Assembly: GCA_045690015.1 (NCBI GenBank)
Contig: CP145877.1
Span: 210,001-242,000, forward strand
Length of the DNA stretch: 32,000 nt
Reading direction: 5' to 3'
DNA from: Candidatus Saccharimonadota bacterium
GTDB taxonomy: Bacteria; Pseudomonadota; Gammaproteobacteria; Enterobacterales; Enterobacteriaceae
Below the pieces are notes generated by a model, which saw only the letters and a list, made by a program, of their open reading frames with translations, had not been told where the DNA came from and did no database searches. The translations under genes and the position numbers were made by a program. This document shows, in pieces, positions 12,013 through 23,666 of the stretch (its first letter is position 1; every line of letters begins with the position of its first letter).

Positions 12013-12159
12013 TTATCTATTTGTAGATACGGTTAGACGAGTGCGTCCTTTAGCACGTCTTCTTGCTAAAATATTACGACCATTTTTTGTTTTCATTCTG
12101 GTTCGAAATCCATGAGAACGATTTCGTTTGAGTACTGATGGTTGAAAAGTACGTTTCAT
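12013..12159 (-). CDS. rpmH: 50S ribosomal protein L34
   Basis: Below the ORF-track size cutoff, so I translated it by hand codon by codon. It reads [48 protein letters not shown] followed by TAA, which is nearly identical to E. coli L34. Confidence 0.96.
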   Translation of the reverse strand: MKRTFQPSVLKRNRSHGFRTRMKTKNGRNILARRRAKGRTRLTVSTNR

Positions 12160-12325
12160 TAGAATTAAAAATTATATTATTATAAATAAGGGGTATTCTA
12201 ACAAATATTAAATATCTAGTCAATTTAGTTGATATGCTTAAAAATATGTATTTAACTCTAAAATTAGTATATGATGTAAAAATACTAATAGATTTTTCTG
12301 TACCTTATTTCTAACCAATTAGAAG

Positions 12326-13426
12326 ATGCAATTAATTATTCAACGCGAAAAATTGCTAAAACCATTACAAAATATAAATAGAATATTGACCAATAAACCC
12401 TTATTGCCGATTATCAATAATGTTCTTATGAAAATTACTTGTAATGAGTTATTATTAACGGTAACAGATTTAGAAATGGAGATCTCCACAAAGGTAATTT
12501 TGACTAAGCCTTATACCATTGGTAGTATTACAGTTTCAGCTAAAAAATTATTGAATATATGTCGATATTTGCCTGAAAATTCAAATATAAATATTTCTTC
12601 AATAAATCAGAAAATATTTATCTATTCCGGATCTAGTAAATTTTATCTTTCTACATTACCGGCAAGTAGTTTTCCCAATGTGGAAGAATGGAAAACTAAT
12701 ATAGAATTTTCTATACCAAGCCATGTAATGAGATCCCTTATTGAAGCCACTCATTTTTCTATGTCCTATCAAGACGTTAGGTATTATCTAAATGGTTTAT
12801 TATTAGAGACTACAGCAAATTCCTTATGTGCTGTTGCTACTGATGGACATCGAATAGCTATTTATACTATACCAATAACTGCAATTTTATCTAAATGCTC
12901 GGTAATTTTACCACGTAAATGTGTAATAGAATTATTACGTTTGCTAAAAGAGCATGATACTTTGCTTAAAATTCAAATTGGAAGTAATAATATTCGAATA
13001 CATATGAATAATTATATTTTTACTTCAAGATTAATTGAGGGAAAATTTCCTGATTATAACCAAATCTTACATCATAATTATGATAAAATCATCATAATTA
13101 ATCGTGAAGTATTAAAAAAAGCTTTTTCAAGGGTATCAGTGTTATGTGATAATAAATTAAATGAAGTTCATCTTCATATTAGAAAAAATGAGTTAAAAAT
13201 TACCGGTAGTAATTTATATCATGAACAAGCTGAAGAAATCTTACCGATTTCTTATGAGGGTGCTGACATACAAATCAATTTAAATATCAATTATGTTATT
13301 GAAGTTTTATATGTCTTAAAATGTGATGAAATTAAATTGTCACTATTAAACTCAATATCTAGTGTTCAAATTAAGGATGTTACCAGTGATTCTGCTATTT
13401 ATGTAATAATGCCAATTAAATTATAA
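12326..13426 (+). CDS. dnaN: DNA polymerase III beta sliding clamp
   Basis: 366-aa ORF, the same length as the E. coli beta clamp. The N-terminus MQLIIQREKLLKPLQ compares with E. coli MKFTVEREHLLKPLQ. Other matches are ATDGHRIA and a C-terminal VIMPIKL, and gyrB follows. Confidence 0.95.
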   Translation: MQLIIQREKLLKPLQNINRILTNKPLLPIINNVLMKITCNELLLTVTDLEMEISTKVILTKPYTIGSITVSAKKLLNICRYLPENSNINISSINQKIFIYSGSSKFYLSTLPASSFPNVEEWKTNIEFSIPSHVMRSLIEATHFSMSYQDVRYYLNGLLLETTANSLCAVATDGHRIAIYTIPITAILSKCSVILPRKCVIELLRLLKEHDTLLKIQIGSNNIRIHMNNYIFTSRLIEGKFPDYNQILHHNYDKIIIINREVLKKAFSRVSVLCDNKLNEVHLHIRKNELKITGSNLYHEQAEEILPISYEGADIQINLNINYVIEVLYVLKCDEIKLSLLNSISSVQIKDVTSDSAIYVIMPIKL

Positions 13427-13463
13427 TTAAAATTTAATCGGATAGATAATTAAAAAATATTAA

Positions 13464-15887
<2,424 letters not shown>

Positions 15888-15897
15888 AAAATAAGCT

Positions 15898-17433
15898 TTA
15901 TTCTTTTGGAGTTCGTAATATTGGAAATAAAATTACATCACGTATATTAATATTATTAGTAAGTATCATTACTAATCGATCAATACCAATCCCTAATCCT
16001 GACGTAGGTGGTAAACCATGTTCTAAGGCAATTAAATAATCTGCATCATATTCATGATATGTGCTTTCATCTGGTTGAGAACCCTGTTGTTGTAAAAATC
16101 TTTTTGCTTGTTCTTCTGCATCATTTAATTCTGAAAAACCATTTGCTATCTCATAACCATTAATAAATAATTCAAATCTATCTGTAAAAAAAGGATTATT
16201 ATCATTACTGCGTGCTAATGGTGATATCTCTGTAGGATATTCGGTAATAAATGTTGGGTAGATTAAATTACTCTCAACTTTTTTTTCAAAAATTTCATTT
16301 AAAATTCGTCCATGTCCCCACTTATCTTCAATTTTAACATCTAATAATTTTGCATAATGAATTGTTTTATTAAGGTCTTCTAAATCTTCCAGATCAATGC
16401 TAAATTCTGATATATATTTACAAATAGCTTCCTTCATAGTCATTTTTAGTAAGGGCTGTTCAAAATCAAAAGTGTATTTTCCATATTTTATATATGGAGA
16501 TCCGAAAAGATCTATAGTTAAGCTATTTAAGAGTCTTTCAGTAAAAATCATTAGATCTTTATAATCGGTATATGCCATATATAATTCCATCATAGTAAAC
16601 TCTGGATTATGTTGTGGTGATAATCCTTCATTTCTAAAACTACGATTAATTTCGAAAATTCTCTCAAAACCACCGACTACTAAACGTTTTAGATAAAGTT
16701 CAGGAGCTATACGTAAGTATAAATTTAAATTTAACGCATTATGATGTGTAATAAAAGGATGTGCGTTTCCTCCTCCTGCAATAGATTGCATCATCGGAGT
16801 TTCTACTTCCATAAAATCTTGCGCTATCATAAATTTCCGAATACTTGATATAACCTTAGAACGTAATATAAAAGTATTACGTGATTGATTATTTACAATT
16901 AAATCTAGATATCGTTGACGATAACATATTTCTTTATCTAGCAGTTTATGAAATTTTTCTGGTAAAGGACGAAGCGCTTTAGTTAATAAACGAATTTCAA
17001 TACAATATAAGGTAAGTTCATTAGTTTTAGTTTTAAATAATTTTCCATTTACACCAATAATGTCTCCTAAGTCAAATTTTTTGTAATTACAATCTTTGGT
17101 TTTTTTTTTATTTGCATATAATTGAATTTTACCTCCCATATCTTGTAAAATCATAAAAACTGATTTACCCATAATACGACGTGCTAATATACGACCTGCA
17201 ACATTAATAATGGTGTTGAATTTTTCTAACTCATGATGATTTTTATTATCAAATTTTATATGTAATTGATCAGAAGTATAATTTCTTTTGAAGTTATTAG
17301 GATATGCGATACCCTCTCTACGTAAGTCATTTAATTTTTTCTTTCGTATTTCGCATTCGTTTTGGGCTATATTAGTACTTATCTTAGCATCAAAAAGATC
17401 ATTTTCTTTATCACAAGAATTCGATTTACGCAT
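15898..17433 (-). CDS. lysS: lysine--tRNA ligase (class II)
   Basis: 511-aa ORF with ATG start. It has class II motifs [20 protein letters not shown] and [14 protein letters not shown]. It lies directly downstream of prfB, the prfB-lysS operon order of E. coli. Confidence 0.97.
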   Translation of the reverse strand: MRKSNSCDKENDLFDAKISTNIAQNECEIRKKKLNDLRREGIAYPNNFKRNYTSDQLHIKFDNKNHHELEKFNTIINVAGRILARRIMGKSVFMILQDMGGKIQLYANKKKTKDCNYKKFDLGDIIGVNGKLFKTKTNELTLYCIEIRLLTKALRPLPEKFHKLLDKEICYRQRYLDLIVNNQSRNTFILRSKVISSIRKFMIAQDFMEVETPMMQSIAGGGNAHPFITHHNALNLNLYLRIAPELYLKRLVVGGFERIFEINRSFRNEGLSPQHNPEFTMMELYMAYTDYKDLMIFTERLLNSLTIDLFGSPYIKYGKYTFDFEQPLLKMTMKEAICKYISEFSIDLEDLEDLNKTIHYAKLLDVKIEDKWGHGRILNEIFEKKVESNLIYPTFITEYPTEISPLARSNDNNPFFTDRFELFINGYEIANGFSELNDAEEQAKRFLQQQGSQPDESTYHEYDADYLIALEHGLPPTSGLGIGIDRLVMILTNNINIRDVILFPILRTPKE

Positions 17434-17447
17434 TTTTAATCCTCATA

Positions 17448-18548
17448 TTAAAATCCTGCATTTAAACTTGCCTTAATAAATATGTCTAACTCACCATTTA
17501 AAATTGCTTGTATATCACGGCTTTCTACTCCAGTGCGTAAATCTTTAATACGTGAGTTGTCAAGTATATAAGAACGTATTTGTCTTCCCCATCCAATATC
17601 AGATTTATTTTCTTCGATTGCTTGTCTTTTAGCATTTTGTTTTTTTTTTTCTAACTCATATAATTTTGCTTTCATTTGTCTTAATGCTTGATCTTTATTT
17701 CTATGTTGTGAACGTCCATTTTGACACTGAGTAATAATTCCAGTAGGTAAATGTGTAATTCTAACTGCAGATTCAGTACGATTCACATGTTGTCCACCGG
17801 CTCCAGAAGCTCGGTAAACGTCAATTCTTAAATCACTAGCATTAATTTTAATTTCAATATCATTTTGTAGTTCGGGATAAACAAAAACTGAACTAAATGA
17901 AGTATGCCTTTTTCCTGTAGAATCAAATGGACTCTTTCGTACTAAACGATGAATTCCAGTTTCTGTTCGTAACCAACCAAAAGCATAATTACCTAATATG
18001 CGTAAAGTTGCTGATTTAATACCAGCTATATCTCCTACACTCTCAGAAATTATTTCACTTTTAAATCCTTTATTTTCAGCCCATCTTAAATACATACGTA
18101 TTAACATATTAGCCCAATCTTGCGCTTCTGTTCCACCTGAACCCGCTTGAATATCAAGATAACAATTTGCGTAATCATGTTCTTTGCAAAACATATTACT
18201 CCATTCTAATTCTACTATCTTTTGTTCCAGTAGATTTAGATCACGAGTAATTTGATTAGTGATTTCATGATCTTTAAGATCATCTTCTAAAATCTCTAGT
18301 AAGTTGGACAGATCTTTTATTTCAACTAATAATTGGTCAAAAATGATTATTTTATTTTCTATTAAAGAGCGTTGTTTAATTAAAGATTGTGCATAATGAA
18401 TATCTTTCCATATAGAATTTTTTTCTAATTTTTTATTGATGTTTATTAATTTTTCCTGATAATAATCATATTTTATATATTCCTTTAGCATGTTAGTGCG
18501 TGTAATTAAATTTTGAATTTTATTTTTGAAAAAATGAATTTCTAACAT
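17448..18548 (-). CDS. prfB: peptide chain release factor 2, encoded as one uninterrupted ORF
   Basis: 366-aa ORF with ATG at 18548. It has the SPF tripeptide (VRKSPFDS), the GGQ motif (SGAGGQHVN), and [15 protein letters not shown]. The N-terminus [34 protein letters not shown] aligns across the position of the E. coli frameshift site without any stop. Confidence 0.97.
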   Translation of the reverse strand: MLEIHFFKNKIQNLITRTNMLKEYIKYDYYQEKLININKKLEKNSIWKDIHYAQSLIKQRSLIENKIIIFDQLLVEIKDLSNLLEILEDDLKDHEITNQITRDLNLLEQKIVELEWSNMFCKEHDYANCYLDIQAGSGGTEAQDWANMLIRMYLRWAENKGFKSEIISESVGDIAGIKSATLRILGNYAFGWLRTETGIHRLVRKSPFDSTGKRHTSFSSVFVYPELQNDIEIKINASDLRIDVYRASGAGGQHVNRTESAVRITHLPTGIITQCQNGRSQHRNKDQALRQMKAKLYELEKKKQNAKRQAIEENKSDIGWGRQIRSYILDNSRIKDLRTGVESRDIQAILNGELDIFIKASLNAGF

Positions 18549-18681
18549 TAGAGAAAATTTTTCTATATTTAATTAAAATTATATAAATTATCAATAACTA
18601 TAAAATTTTTAGTTTAATAAAACAAGATTTTATAAATGTATAAAATATTTTTATATTAATAATGAAAGGATAGATTTATTT

Positions 18682-19656
18682 ATGAGTGTGTTAGTTTTTC
18701 CTTCTGTAGCGCCAGTAGAATCACAATCCTTACCTTTAACATTAATATCATTAGAACAATGGTGTATGGTAAAAATTACCGGGATTGATACTTTTAGTTA
18801 TATTCAAAAACAAATTACTTTTGATATAACCCAATTAAATATAAACGAATTTTGTCAAGCCGCTCATTGTGATCATAATGGAAAAATGTGGAGTAATCTA
18901 CTGTTGTTTCATTATAATGGAGGTTTAGCTTGGATAATCCGACGTTCTGTACAGGCAAGACAAATTGATGCATTAAAAAAATATGCCATATTTTCAAATG
19001 TAACTATATCTAATTGTGATAATGAAATATTAATAGGTATAGCTGGATTTCAAGCACGTGCAGCATTATCAAAGCTATTAAACCCACTTCCTTCTAAAGA
19101 ATCTCCTGTTATAAATCATAAGCATATGGTTTTATTGTGGTTAAAAAATCCATTAGAAAGATTTCTTATCATAAGCAATATGATCGTTATAAAAAAATTA
19201 CAAGCACAATTATCTAAAGTTTGCAAAATTAATAATAGTATACAATGGATGTCATTAGATATAGAAGCTGGTTATCCAATTATTGATGAAATTAATTGTT
19301 GTAAATTTATTCCACAGGCTGCTAACTTAGATCTCCTTGGAGCTATTAATTTTAATAAAGGATGCTATTTAGGCCAAGAAATAATAGCACGTGCTAAATT
19401 TCGTGGAATAAATAAATATGCTCTTTATTGGTTAGTCGGAAAGTTGAATAAATTTCCTAAAAACGCTATAAATAATTTCATATCATTAAATAATAATAAA
19501 TATACATATTCAGCTAAAATACTAGCTATTTGTCGTATGGCAAATAATGAGGTTTGGATTCAAGCAATTCTAAAAAAAGATTTACCATATGATACTGTTT
19601 TACGTATGGATGGTGATGATGATAGTTATTTTTATATTCGTCCACTATGTTATTAA
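18682..19656 (+). CDS. ygfZ: tRNA-modifying / Fe-S cluster repair folate-binding protein YgfZ
   Basis: 324-aa ORF containing the YgfZ signature KGCYLGQEIIARAKFRG. AAAGGA lies upstream of the ATG at 18682. Confidence 0.9.
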   Translation: MSVLVFPSVAPVESQSLPLTLISLEQWCMVKITGIDTFSYIQKQITFDITQLNINEFCQAAHCDHNGKMWSNLLLFHYNGGLAWIIRRSVQARQIDALKKYAIFSNVTISNCDNEILIGIAGFQARAALSKLLNPLPSKESPVINHKHMVLLWLKNPLERFLIISNMIVIKKLQAQLSKVCKINNSIQWMSLDIEAGYPIIDEINCCKFIPQAANLDLLGAINFNKGCYLGQEIIARAKFRGINKYALYWLVGKLNKFPKNAINNFISLNNNKYTYSAKILAICRMANNEVWIQAILKKDLPYDTVLRMDGDDDSYFYIRPLCY

Positions 19657-20330
19657 TTGACTATATTATTTTTTTTTAATGTTTTTATTCCCGACCTTGT
19701 ACCAATTAACGCAATATCTGCAGAACGAATAGCAAATAATCCTACGGTTACTACTCCTACAATCATACTGAGTTTTTTTTCCATTTCAATTGGGTTAATT
19801 ATAGAGGGATTATATACATCAATAATCACATTACCGTTTTCTGTTATTACACCAATTCTATATTTTGGTAATGCACCTAATTTTACTATTTCACGAGCCA
19901 CGTATGCTCGTGCCATAGGTATTACTTCTAATGGGATCGGAGAGTTTTTTCCTAATATTGTTACTTTTTTTGATTCATCCGCAATACATAAAAAATTTTT
20001 TGCTATTGCAGCAATAACTTTTTCTTTAGTTAGAGCACCTCCTTTACCTTTAATCATTTGTAATGCATCGTTAATTTCATCCGCGCTATCTACATATAAA
20101 GATAATGAGTCTATATGATTAGAATCAATCAATGATATACCACATTTCTTTAATTTTAAAGAAGTATCTCTCGAGCTAGATACTGCTCCTTCTATTTTAA
20201 AATTAATTTCCTCTAGGGCATAAATAAAATAATTTATTGTACTTCCCGATCCTACACCCACAATTGAATCCGGTTGGATATACTCTATAGCTGCCCTTGC
20301 TACCTTTTTCTTTAAATCTTCATTAGTCAT
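19653..20330 (-). CDS. rpiA: ribose-5-phosphate isomerase A
   Basis: 225-aa ORF with ATG start. Motifs VGVGSGST, VDSADEI and KGKGGALTKEK match RpiA. Confidence 0.95.
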   Translation of the reverse strand: MTNEDLKKKVARAAIEYIQPDSIVGVGSGSTINYFIYALEEINFKIEGAVSSSRDTSLKLKKCGISLIDSNHIDSLSLYVDSADEINDALQMIKGKGGALTKEKVIAAIAKNFLCIADESKKVTILGKNSPIPLEVIPMARAYVAREIVKLGALPKYRIGVITENGNVIIDVYNPSIINPIEMEKKLSMIVGVVTVGLFAIRSADIALIGTRSGIKTLKKNNIVN

Positions 20331-20351
20331 TTTGTTTAATATTCCATAATT

Positions 20352-21152
20352 CTATTTATAATATTCATTAAGAGCTTTTTGAAAATGTTCTAATAGATCC
20401 CAGTAAACATTTTGCAAATCATGACCTTTACTCCACCATCGGATGATAAAATTTAAAGAAGAGACTCCTATCTCATGTAATCTTATTATTATTTCACGTT
20501 CCTTTATAATCCGTTCATCTGCATACACTATATCATGTATAATTTTTTTAATAGTATTAATATTGGCGTTAGGAGCTACTTTTAATATAATCTCATTACG
20601 ACGTATAGGTTCACGAGAATAATTAATAATATTGCCTGCAATAACTTTACCATTAGGTACTACTATAGTTTTTCCATCTGCAGAAAGCAGTGTAGTTGAA
20701 AATATCTGGATTTGTTGTACTCTACCACTCACACCACCTAAATCAACGTATTCAGCTACACGTAAGGGTCGAAATATTACAAGCAATACCCCAGCTGCAA
20801 GGTTAGAAAGAGATCCTTGTAATGCTAAACCTACAGCTAAACCTGCTGCACCTAAAACTGTAATAATAGATGCTGTTTGTACTCCAACACGATTTAATGC
20901 TGCAGTAACCGCAAATGTGATAATACTATACCGTAATAACATAGACAAAAAGTCGGCTACTGTAATATCCAAATGTCTAGCTAAAAATATTTTATTAATA
21001 TTTTTTGTAATAGAATTTGCAATACTCATACCAATACATACTATAACTATAGCCGATATTATATTTGCCATATAAGCAAATAGTAATGAATGATTATGTA
21101 CCATCCAATCACCTGCCTTTTTCATATAATCAATTACATTCGGAATTTCCAT
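20352..21152 (-). CDS. mscS: small-conductance mechanosensitive channel MscS
   Basis: 266-aa ORF collinear with E. coli MscS (VADFLS, GVQTASIITVLGAAGLAVGLALQGSLSNLAAGVLLVIFRP, GNIINYSREP). It sits downstream of fbaA as in E. coli and lacks roughly the last 20 residues of the E. coli protein. Confidence 0.93.
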   Translation of the reverse strand: MEIPNVIDYMKKAGDWMVHNHSLLFAYMANIISAIVIVCIGMSIANSITKNINKIFLARHLDITVADFLSMLLRYSIITFAVTAALNRVGVQTASIITVLGAAGLAVGLALQGSLSNLAAGVLLVIFRPLRVAEYVDLGGVSGRVQQIQIFSTTLLSADGKTIVVPNGKVIAGNIINYSREPIRRNEIILKVAPNANINTIKKIIHDIVYADERIIKEREIIIRLHEIGVSSLNFIIRWWSKGHDLQNVYWDLLEHFQKALNEYYK

Positions 21153-21191
21153 ATAATTTTATAGATAAAAGTTTATGCATAAAAAGTGTAA

Positions 21192-22280
21192 TTAAAATAA
21201 GTTAATAGCGTTTAGTTGTATAAAAGCTTTTTCTAAACGTTCACACATACTTAATTGACCTGCACGTAACCAATTACGTGGATCATAAAATTTTTTATTT
21301 GGTTTATAAATTCCTTCGGGATTTCCCAATTGATTATGTAAATATGCAGCATTATTTTTATAATATTTTAAAACGCCCTTCCAAGTAGCCCATTGCATAT
21401 CTGTATCAAAATTAATCTTGACTACACCATAATCTATAGAGTTTTTAATTTCTTCACTACTAGAACCAGAGCCTCCATGGAAAACAAAAGATAATGGATT
21501 ATGAGGTAAATTATGTTTTTTACTTACCAACTCTTGAGACTTTTTAAGTATTATTGGCATTAATTTTACATTTCCTGATTTATAAACTCCATGCACATTC
21601 CCAAACGAAGCGGCTATAGTAAACTGTGAACTAATAGTATTTAATTGTTCATAGGAATAATTAACATCTTGTGGTTGAGTATATAATAAGTTATTTTCCA
21701 AATGAATATTATTCACTCCATCTTCTTCACCACCAGTACAACCTAATTCTATTTCAAGGCTCATACCTATTCGAGACATGAGAGATAAATAATTACCGCT
21801 TATTGAAATATTTTCTTTTAAGGTTTCTTGAGACAGATCAAGCATATGAGAAGTAAATAGAGGTTTCCCAGTAGATAAAAAGTATTCTTGTCCTACTTTC
21901 AATAAACCATCTAACCATGGTAACAGATTTTTTCCGCAGTGATCTGTATGTAATATAACTGGAACTCCATAATATTCAGCCATTTGATGCACATGTTTTG
22001 CACCCGATATACAACCTAAAATTGCTGCTTTATGAGGTTGTGATTGATTTTCTTGATCTAATCCTTTACCTGCAATGAAACGAGCACCACTATGAGAAAA
22101 TTGAATGACTACTGGAGCCTTGACTTTTGCAGCAGTTTCAAGAACAGTATTTATAGAGTCACTTCCCATACAATTAACTGCTGGCAAAGCAAATTTTTTT
22201 TCTTTTGCAAAATTAAATACTAGCTGCATTTCATTACCTGTAAGCACTCCTGCTTTTACAAAACTATAAATATCCGACAT
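21192..22280 (-). CDS. fbaA: fructose-bisphosphate aldolase, class II
   Basis: The sequence from MSDIYSFVKAGVLTGNEMQLVF aligns with E. coli FbaA MSKIFDFVKPGVITGDDVQKVF. Further matches are LPAVNC, HTDHC, LEIELGCTGGEEDG and FVFHGGSGS. The track ORF (to 22331) adds 17 non-homologous residues, so I take the ATG at 22280. Confidence 0.95.
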   Translation of the reverse strand: MSDIYSFVKAGVLTGNEMQLVFNFAKEKKFALPAVNCMGSDSINTVLETAAKVKAPVVIQFSHSGARFIAGKGLDQENQSQPHKAAILGCISGAKHVHQMAEYYGVPVILHTDHCGKNLLPWLDGLLKVGQEYFLSTGKPLFTSHMLDLSQETLKENISISGNYLSLMSRIGMSLEIELGCTGGEEDGVNNIHLENNLLYTQPQDVNYSYEQLNTISSQFTIAASFGNVHGVYKSGNVKLMPIILKKSQELVSKKHNLPHNPLSFVFHGGSGSSSEEIKNSIDYGVVKINFDTDMQWATWKGVLKYYKNNAAYLHNQLGNPEGIYKPNKKFYDPRNWLRAGQLSMCERLEKAFIQLNAINLF

Positions 22281-22311
22281 ATAAAATAGTATCCTATAAT
22301 AAATCAATAAA

Positions 22312-23493
22312 TTAATTATAATTTCCAGCATTCAGAGAATACTGTGCACGTTCTTTTAATATTACTAAAGACGGTAATTCCTTACCTTCTACGAAAGATA
22401 AAAAAGCAGCTCCCCCAGTAGATATATAAGATATTTTATTTTTTAAACCAAAGAGTTCGATGGCAGCAACTGTATCTCCTCCGCCAACAATAGAAAATAT
22501 ATTACTTTTTGCAATGGCTTTGGCAATAGTTTCTGTTCCTTTTCTAAAATTAGGAAATTCAAAAACCCCAACAGGTCCATTCCAAAGTACAGTTTGAGCC
22601 TTTTGTAGCACATCAGATATTAATTCTAGTGTATAATCACCCAAATCCATAATTTCTTCATCATCTTCTATATCGGAAACTCTCTTTACCATCCCTTCAG
22701 CAGTTTCCGTAAATTCTTTACCAACCCGAACATCTAGAGGAGTAGGAATATTATAAGTCTCTCGAAGTAATTTTGCGGCTTCCACAAAATCAGGTTCATA
22801 AAGAGATTGACCTACCTTATTGTCAATTGCCACAAATGTATTAGCTATACCACCGCCTACAATTACCTTATCTGCAACTTTAGCAAGAGAAGTTAATATA
22901 TCAAATTTCGTTGATACCTTAGATCCTCCTAAAACTGCAATCATAGGTCTTTTTGGATTTTTTATAGCTTTACTTAAAGCATTTAACTCTGTAACTAAAA
23001 GTGGTCCTGCACAAGCAATAGGAGCAAATTTACACACTCCATATGTTGAAGCATGAGTACGATGACATGTACCAAATGCATCCATAACAAAAATATCGCA
23101 TAATGCCGCATATTTTTTAGCTAAAATTTCGTCATTCTTTTTTTCCCCTTTATTAAATCTAACATTCTCTAGTACAACTATTTCATCGTTGGTAATTTTT
23201 ACTCCATCAAGATAATTTTTCTCAAAACGAATGGGATAAATGTGCTGTTTTAAAATATTTACTACAGGTAAAAGAGAAAAATCTACATTATATTCTCCTT
23301 CTATAGGTCTTCCTAAATGAGAAAGAACCATCACCTGCGCACCTCTTTTTTTTGCTAAATCGATTGTAGGTATAATTGCACGGATACGTGCATCAGATGT
23401 TACGATACCATCTTTAATTGGAACATTTAAATCTACTCTGATAAGAACTCTTTTACCGGCTAGGTCTAAATCAGTCATTTTAATTATAGACAT
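22312..23493 (-). CDS. pgk: phosphoglycerate kinase
   Basis: [25 protein letters not shown] aligns with E. coli Pgk [25 protein letters not shown]. The ATG at 23493 is preceded by AGAGGA. The track ORF (to 23550) adds 19 non-homologous residues. Confidence 0.96.
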   Translation of the reverse strand: MSIIKMTDLDLAGKRVLIRVDLNVPIKDGIVTSDARIRAIIPTIDLAKKRGAQVMVLSHLGRPIEGEYNVDFSLLPVVNILKQHIYPIRFEKNYLDGVKITNDEIVVLENVRFNKGEKKNDEILAKKYAALCDIFVMDAFGTCHRTHASTYGVCKFAPIACAGPLLVTELNALSKAIKNPKRPMIAVLGGSKVSTKFDILTSLAKVADKVIVGGGIANTFVAIDNKVGQSLYEPDFVEAAKLLRETYNIPTPLDVRVGKEFTETAEGMVKRVSDIEDDEEIMDLGDYTLELISDVLQKAQTVLWNGPVGVFEFPNFRKGTETIAKAIAKSNIFSIVGGGDTVAAIELFGLKNKISYISTGGAAFLSFVEGKELPSLVILKERAQYSLNAGNYN

Positions 23494-23666
23494 AATGTAT
23501 CCTCTCATACATTTCATTGCTATACTGATATATATATATTTGGGTAACATTAAGTTACAGTTACGTTAGTAGAAGAATTAAGAATCAAGATGCTATCTAT
23601 GTTTCATGAGAATCTAAAAATAAATAGAGTAAATTATCGTAAATATTCATAAACACTATGTTTTTT

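Noticed and set aside
12160-12325. Calling the rpmH|dnaN spacer a replication origin
   Set aside because: Divergent transcription and high AT content are suggestive. However, there are no DnaA boxes and no repeated 13-mers that I can see, and I cannot compute GC skew over the whole genome from this window. It is reported only as a question under the dnaA-loss finding.
19657-20118. 153-aa plus-strand ORF lying entirely antisense to rpiA
   Set aside because: The rpiA homology on the minus strand is unambiguous. The antisense product is low-complexity (rich in I, F, T and S) and has no recognisable motif. The ORF sits in the antisense frame offset by +1 from the sense codons. In that frame a stop can arise only opposite a sense Tyr codon preceded by a pyrimidine-ending codon, or a His/Gln codon preceded by a T-ending codon, so long open stretches are expected.
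20632-21075. 147-aa plus-strand ORF antisense to mscS
   Set aside because: It is in the same relative antisense frame as the rpiA shadow ORF (offset +1 from the sense codons). MscS homology explains the region, and the antisense translation is a low-complexity mirror of a membrane protein.
22281-22331. N-terminal extension of the fbaA ORF ([17 protein letters not shown])
   Set aside because: It has no counterpart in E. coli FbaA, it overlaps the pgk 3' end, and homology starts exactly at the internal ATG at 22280.
23494-23550. N-terminal extension of the pgk ORF ([19 protein letters not shown])
   Set aside because: Homology to Pgk starts at MSIIKMTDL (ATG at 23493), which is preceded by AGAGGA. 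The extension is not conserved.
23494-23666. The 173-bp pgk-tktA spacer as a remnant of epd and neighbouring genes
   Set aside because: The position fits the missing epd, but I cannot recognise any Epd/GapA-like peptide in any frame by eye. A tblastn-level comparison would be needed.
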